From positions 474,075-538,074 of the forward strand of contig QCHF01000001.1 of assembly GCA_003279605.1 (NCBI GenBank): a stretch of DNA of 64,000 nucleotides, in the 5' to 3' direction. Made by a program: the position numbers and the translations under genes. Under the pieces are notes generated by a model. That model was not told where the DNA came from, did no database searches, and saw only the letters and a program-made list of their open reading frames with translations. This document shows positions 59,539 through 64,000 of the stretch, piece after piece (within the stretch, counting starts at the first letter, position 1; each line of letters begins with the position of its first letter). This DNA comes from SAR86 cluster bacterium AG-390-O18 (GTDB lineage Bacteria; Pseudomonadota; Gammaproteobacteria; Magnimaribacterales; AG-339-G14).

Positions 59539-60678
59539 TTACTTATGAGGAGTAACTAAATACTTTTGTCCGGTAGCCTGTTTAGCGTAGTTTTTCAAAA
59601 TTTCTGGATCAAGCATTTCTTCAAGAGAAATTTCAGCTGTATAGAAGCTTGAAAAAGTTGTAGTAATTTCATTGGCTACTCTTTCTCTCATCTTTAAGAA
59701 AATTTCTGATCCTGCTTTTCCAATAAATGGAGTTAAAAGCCATCCTCCTAAACCCCATTGCAATCCATAGGATCTATTTAATACTGTTGGTGTTGGGTCA
59801 AGGCCGCCATAAATATAAACTTGTTTGTAAGTATCCGAACCATATCTGCTATATTCAGAAGCTTTCTTATTTGCTGAAATCTCCATTGCAGATAAAATCT
59901 GTCCAGCTAATTTTCCTTCATTGCCTCCTCCGGTAGCATCAAATCCTAAGGTTGCACCAGTAGCATCAATTGCAGCTATTAAATCAGCCATGAAAGAATC
60001 CTCGCTCATATTGCAAACATATTCAGCGCCAAGATCTTTTAAGTGATTCACGTGTTCTTCTTTTCTAACGATATTTACCAGAGGAATATCATCTGCCATA
60101 CATATTTTTACTAACATCTGACCCAAATTTGAAGCAGCAGCAGTATGGATAATAGCTGTGTGATTTTCCATTTTCATAGTTTCTGTGAACCCAAGAGCAG
60201 TGAGAGGGTTTACAAACGAAGAGGCAGCTTCTTTAGGAGTAGTTCCATCATTCATGACAAGACAACTATCAACAGGTACACATCTGTATTCGGAATACAT
60301 TGCTCCCCCTGCTACTCCCACAGTTTTTCCAATTAGACCTTTTCCTGCTTCCCCCGCATCAACAACAACTCCGCCTCCTTCGTTTCCTACTTTCATAGAT
60401 TTATCAAATCTAGCAGTCATGGTTTTATGCAGTGCGGGTAAAATATTCATTGTTGTAACTTTATTATCACCAGAACCTTCTGAAGATATTGAGCTAAGAT
60501 CTGCTGCAAAACTTATTAACAAGCCCAAATCAGATGGATTAATCGGAGAAGCTTCAACTTTTAACAAAACCTCATGATCTTTAGGCGTGGGCATTTCTAC
60601 ACTTTCAATTGATAGCTTTAACTGGCCATCACTAGTAACTTCAGAACGAATTTCTCTAGACTGATTTTCCTTAGACAT
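59539..60678 (-). CDS. Medium-chain dehydrogenase/reductase (quinone-oxidoreductase-like) family protein
   Basis: 379 aa. EVLLKVEASPINPSDL N-domain and a Rossmann segment (HTAAASNLG). Confidence 0.6.
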   Translation of the reverse strand: MSKENQSREIRSEVTSDGQLKLSIESVEMPTPKDHEVLLKVEASPINPSDLGLLISFAADLSSISSEGSGDNKVTTMNILPALHKTMTARFDKSMKVGNEGGGVVVDAGEAGKGLIGKTVGVAGGAMYSEYRCVPVDSCLVMNDGTTPKEAASSFVNPLTALGFTETMKMENHTAIIHTAAASNLGQMLVKICMADDIPLVNIVRKEEHVNHLKDLGAEYVCNMSEDSFMADLIAAIDATGATLGFDATGGGNEGKLAGQILSAMEISANKKASEYSRYGSDTYKQVYIYGGLDPTPTVLNRSYGLQWGLGGWLLTPFIGKAGSEIFLKMRERVANEITTTFSSFYTAEISLEEMLDPEILKNYAKQATGQKYLVTPHK

Positions 60679-60694
60679 ATTTTCTCCTTATAAT

Positions 60695-61060
60695 TTAAGT
60701 TTCAACGTGGAAAAGTTTATTATAAATAACCCAGTTATTCTTAACTTTTAAAAACGATAGTGAGTCCAAAAAACTCAAACCTATATATTTATCCCTAACT
60801 ATTGCAACTGCAGTATTTCCTGCAATTTCAATAGATAGAATTTCCAAATCTTTTGGTTCTTTCTTTTCTTTAGCAGATGGCTGTTGTGAGGCAACGAAAT
60901 TAGCAAAATCATCTACTGTTTGCTCAAAAAGATTTTCCTGCATATATCCTGTTATTTTTGCATCGGGATGAAAAACCTCTTTTACCTTTTGAGGGCTTGA
61001 TTCATACATGCTGTCGAAATAGAGCTGAACTTTTTCTGTTATTTGAGCTTTGTCTTTCAC
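60695..61060 (-). CDS. NTF2/SnoaL-like fold small protein
   Basis: 121 aa. Pattern typical of the NTF2-like (lumazine-binding-like) family: YFDSMYESS...FHPDA...WVIYNKLFH. Confidence 0.45.
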   Translation of the reverse strand: MKDKAQITEKVQLYFDSMYESSPQKVKEVFHPDAKITGYMQENLFEQTVDDFANFVASQQPSAKEKKEPKDLEILSIEIAGNTAVAIVRDKYIGLSFLDSLSFLKVKNNWVIYNKLFHVET

Positions 61061-61063
61061 TTG

Positions 61064-61876
61064 TTAGTCAAAAAAACAAATAGCTCTGACTTCAATGCTC
61101 TCACGAGGAGAAGCTTTTTCATTAGATGTTAGGTCATCAAAAGCACTATGGAGAGTTGGCATAAATGGTTTTTCATTTGAGTCATAAGTCTTAAACATTA
61201 CAACCTCATCTCTATTCATTTTTGGGTAAAAGTACCATCTATGGCTATCGCTATTCATTGACTGATAAATTTCAACAGTAAAGCCATTTTCGTCTGCTAG
61301 AGTTTCGGTTTTTTCCTCCTCTTTCCCATAATTGAATAAGTCAGTAGGAATTAATTCTTTTTCAGAAACTGTTCTAGAGTCGCAGAGTGCAAAGGGGGCA
61401 TCCGTCCCATCCTCATCAAAACGCCTCCACAAATTATAGACAGTGATTCTACTTGGATTTGAACCGTTCTCATCAAGCAAGGGTTGAATAGTTTGTTTAA
61501 AATTTGGAGTGAAATCATTATGAACAAGCCTGTGAGCGCCTAACCTTTTTCCTTCTGCTGCTTCTGCCTCATTTCTTGTAATGTGACTCACAATAAAAAC
61601 TTGAGTGGCGCCAGTATTTTTCTTAACCAAATTTGCCATTTCGTTGTAATAAATTTCTGTTACTTCTTTTTCATCATAAAAATTATTTATTTCTGATTTG
61701 TGATCCAATAAGATAAAACCAGACTCACTTAAGGAGTGATCTTCTTCTCTGGCATTGAAAACTTCTTTCATGAAGCCTTTATGGTCGGGTCTATCTGGAT
61801 CAGGTTCTTCGACTCCAAAAGCTGGCTTTGGTTCGCCTTTTTTTAGTGGTTTTCTATAGAAAAATTCTGCTCTCAT
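61064..61876 (-). CDS. CmcJ/NvfI/AsaB-family putative oxygenase
   Basis: 270 aa. HRLVHNDFT, YNLWRRF...APFALCDSRTV, HRWYFYPKMNRDEVVMFKTYDS, HSAFDD and RESIEVRAICFFD follow the family pattern as I recall it. Confidence 0.55.
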   Translation of the reverse strand: MRAEFFYRKPLKKGEPKPAFGVEEPDPDRPDHKGFMKEVFNAREEDHSLSESGFILLDHKSEINNFYDEKEVTEIYYNEMANLVKKNTGATQVFIVSHITRNEAEAAEGKRLGAHRLVHNDFTPNFKQTIQPLLDENGSNPSRITVYNLWRRFDEDGTDAPFALCDSRTVSEKELIPTDLFNYGKEEEKTETLADENGFTVEIYQSMNSDSHRWYFYPKMNRDEVVMFKTYDSNEKPFMPTLHSAFDDLTSNEKASPRESIEVRAICFFD

Positions 61877-61962
61877 AATATAATTTTAAACTAAAAGTTC
61901 AGCAAACATCCATTTCTTCTCTCAATTTAAAAATATAAATTATCTTTTTTTGTTATTTAATA

Positions 61963-63117
61963 CTAGCGAAATCTGATCATTGATGGATTTAATTCACTAA
62001 TTTTTTTTATTCCCATTAGCTTCATATCTCTTTCGATTTCGTTTTTCATATTACCAATAGCTTTTTCAACTCCTTCTTGCCCAGCAGCAGCCAAACCAAA
62101 AAGATACATTCTTCCACCAGAGCAAGCTGTAGCTCCCATCGCCATTGCCTTGAGAACATGCGTTCCTCTTTGTATACCTCCATCAAGAATAACTTCTATT
62201 TCTCCGCCAACCTCTTGAAGAATTTCATCAAGTTGATCAAACGGACTTCTTCCTCCATCTAATTGTCGGCCGCCATGATTTGAAACCATGATCGCGTCGG
62301 CTTTCATTTCTACTGCTTTTCTAGCATCTCTAGGGCTCATAATTCCTTTAAGACAAAATTTTCTCCCCCAGTTTTCTTTGAGCTCTATAACGTCATCCCA
62401 AGTCATACTTTGATCCAGCATGTTAGTAAAATAATCCCCGACAGATATAGAGATATTTGTTCCCTCATTAACATGACTTGATAATTGAGAAAGTTCGAAC
62501 TTTTCTCTAAACAAATAATTTAGAGCCCAGGCAGGTTTTATGCCAAATTGAAAAATACTTTTTGGCGTTAATTTTGGAGGAGTAGTGAAACCTGTTCGCA
62601 AGTCTCTCTCTCGATTACCTCCTGTAATAGTATCGACAGTTAAAGTTAAAATTTCAAAATTGGCCTCTTGCGCCATGGAAATCATTGAATCATTCAAGCC
62701 TCTATCCTTGTGAAAATAAAACTGAAACATCTTAGGAGTCTTAATTAATTCATCTATATCCTTAAGTTTTACCGTACCTAAAGAAGATACACCAAATAGG
62801 GTGTTGAACTTTTCAGCAGCTTTAGCAACTGCCCTTTCGCCTTGGTAATGAAACAATCTCTGTAAAGCAGTTGGAGAACAAAAAATTGGTAATCCTAACT
62901 TGTAACCCATCACTTCTACCGACATATCAATATTTTCAACTCCGGCAAGAACATTAGGAACTAAATCAACATCTTGGAATGCTTCGGTATTCCTTTGATA
63001 CGTAGTTTCATCTTCTGCCGCCCCATCTATGTAATGAAAAATAGGGCCAGGCAGTCTTCTTCTAGCTAAGTCTTTTAAATCTTGAAAGTTATTACAGTTT
63101 TTTAGTGATCTAGGCAT
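61963..63117 (-). CDS. FMN-dependent alpha-hydroxy-acid dehydrogenase/oxidase (LldD/glycolate oxidase family)
   Basis: 384 aa. SNHGGRQLDG, a TIM-barrel FMN motif, and ILDGGIQRGTHVLKA. Confidence 0.8.
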   Translation of the reverse strand: MPRSLKNCNNFQDLKDLARRRLPGPIFHYIDGAAEDETTYQRNTEAFQDVDLVPNVLAGVENIDMSVEVMGYKLGLPIFCSPTALQRLFHYQGERAVAKAAEKFNTLFGVSSLGTVKLKDIDELIKTPKMFQFYFHKDRGLNDSMISMAQEANFEILTLTVDTITGGNRERDLRTGFTTPPKLTPKSIFQFGIKPAWALNYLFREKFELSQLSSHVNEGTNISISVGDYFTNMLDQSMTWDDVIELKENWGRKFCLKGIMSPRDARKAVEMKADAIMVSNHGGRQLDGGRSPFDQLDEILQEVGGEIEVILDGGIQRGTHVLKAMAMGATACSGGRMYLFGLAAAGQEGVEKAIGNMKNEIERDMKLMGIKKISELNPSMIRFR

Positions 63118-63188
63118 GATATTTTAAAAATCTATTTTAAACGGCAATCTTCTTGTGTAATAGTAATGAATAAAAAAAAGAGGTTGAA

Positions 63189-63968
63189 ATGTCAGAATAT
63201 AAAACACCAAATTTTTCCATAGATCTATCTGGTCAAATTGCCTTAGTGACTGGAGCATCTTCAGGACTAGGATACCGTTTTTCTAAAGTATTAGCTTCCT
63301 GTGGTGCAAAGGTTGCAATATCTGCCCGAAGGAAAGAAAAACTAGAATCTTTGGCTGAAGAAATAAAGGCTACTGGGGGTGAATGCATGGTCGTACCAAT
63401 AGATATGACTGACAGAAAAAGCATCAAGTCAGCAGTAGATACTGTTTCTAAAGAAATGGGCACTATTGATACTTTAGTAAATAATGCTGGCATCCCAGAT
63501 GCACAATGGGCGATTAAACAATCAGAAGAATTGATTGATAACGTAATGGAAACTAACCTCACAGGTCCATACATTCTCTCTTGTGAAGTAGCAAGAAAAT
63601 TAATTGAAGAAAAAAAACCCGGCAGAATGGTAAATATTGCCTCTGTAGCGGCTTTCAATACTACGCCACAATCAGCGGCTTCTCTTTATTCAATAACTAA
63701 AAAAGCTGTAGTGAGAATGACTGAGGCTCTAGCTGTTGAATGGTCGAAAAGTTACATAAATGTAAATGCAATTGCTCCAGGAGCTTTTTCGTCAGAAATG
63801 CTAGATGGCATGATAGAAAGAGTTGGTGACTTTAGCCAGGTATTTCCAAGAAAGAGGATTTGTACTCCAGAACAAATGGATTCAACTTTATTGTTCTTAG
63901 TATCTCCTTCTTCAGAGTGCGTAACAGGAACTTGTATAAAGATTGATGATGGACAGGGTCCAAGGTAA
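63189..63968 (+). CDS. Short-chain dehydrogenase/reductase (SDR) family oxidoreductase
   Basis: 259 aa. TGASSGLG, NNAG, and the catalytic YSITKKA (YxxxK). Confidence 0.85.
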   Translation: MSEYKTPNFSIDLSGQIALVTGASSGLGYRFSKVLASCGAKVAISARRKEKLESLAEEIKATGGECMVVPIDMTDRKSIKSAVDTVSKEMGTIDTLVNNAGIPDAQWAIKQSEELIDNVMETNLTGPYILSCEVARKLIEEKKPGRMVNIASVAAFNTTPQSAASLYSITKKAVVRMTEALAVEWSKSYINVNAIAPGAFSSEMLDGMIERVGDFSQVFPRKRICTPEQMDSTLLFLVSPSSECVTGTCIKIDDGQGPR

Positions 63969-64000
63969 TTTTATACTTTAAGATTTATTACCTCTTTAAC

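Overview
All calls below come from reading the supplied translations and the raw sequence by eye. I ran no database search.

The window is an AT-rich, extremely gene-dense chromosomal segment. Summing the gaps between my feature coordinates gives about 1.3 kb of intergenic DNA in 64 kb, so roughly 98% is coding. Many gene pairs overlap by 1, 4 or 8 bp.

The gene order is typical of a gammaproteobacterium: cysS / ppiB-lpxH, and purF-cvpA-folC-accD-trpA-trpB-trpF-truA-(fimV-like)-asd-leuB-leuD-leuC-aroC. The composition and compaction suggest a streamlined marine lineage. SAR86-like is only a guess that I cannot verify.

Positions 1-41 kb are core housekeeping genes:
- purL, which is cut by the left edge and missing from the ORF track
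- uvrB, tRNA-Asn, acnB
- the trp and leu blocks
- a methylcitrate operon, prpBCD
- cysB, lexA with its SOS box, topA, pyrD and nadK

Positions 41-64 kb change character. This part is a regulator-free run of lipid and oxidoreductase genes:
- a paired acyl-CoA dehydrogenase
- an acyl-CoA ligase plus a lone carboxyltransferase
- an enoyl-CoA hydratase
- PhyH-family and CmcJ-family oxygenases
- VOC, MDR and SDR enzymes
- an FMN-dependent alpha-hydroxy-acid oxidase
- a Met/His-rich outer-membrane barrel

I found no rRNA, CRISPR array, transposase, integrase, prophage, toxin-antitoxin pair or recognisable defence system. I cannot point to one clear undescribed system.

The items most worth a second look are:
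1. A conserved-looking gene split by a +1 frame change exactly at a T6 run followed by UAA.
2. An ACAD pair whose second member lacks both known catalytic-base positions.
3. Two tight operons of uncharacterised oxidative enzymes, VOC-OMP-PhyH and LldD-like-CmcJ-like-NTF2-MDR.
4. A phosphotransferase and a small SRPBCC protein embedded in a def...tadA operon.
5. A 100-aa miniature FimV.
6. A lexA gene whose operator abuts its ATG, predicting a leaderless mRNA.
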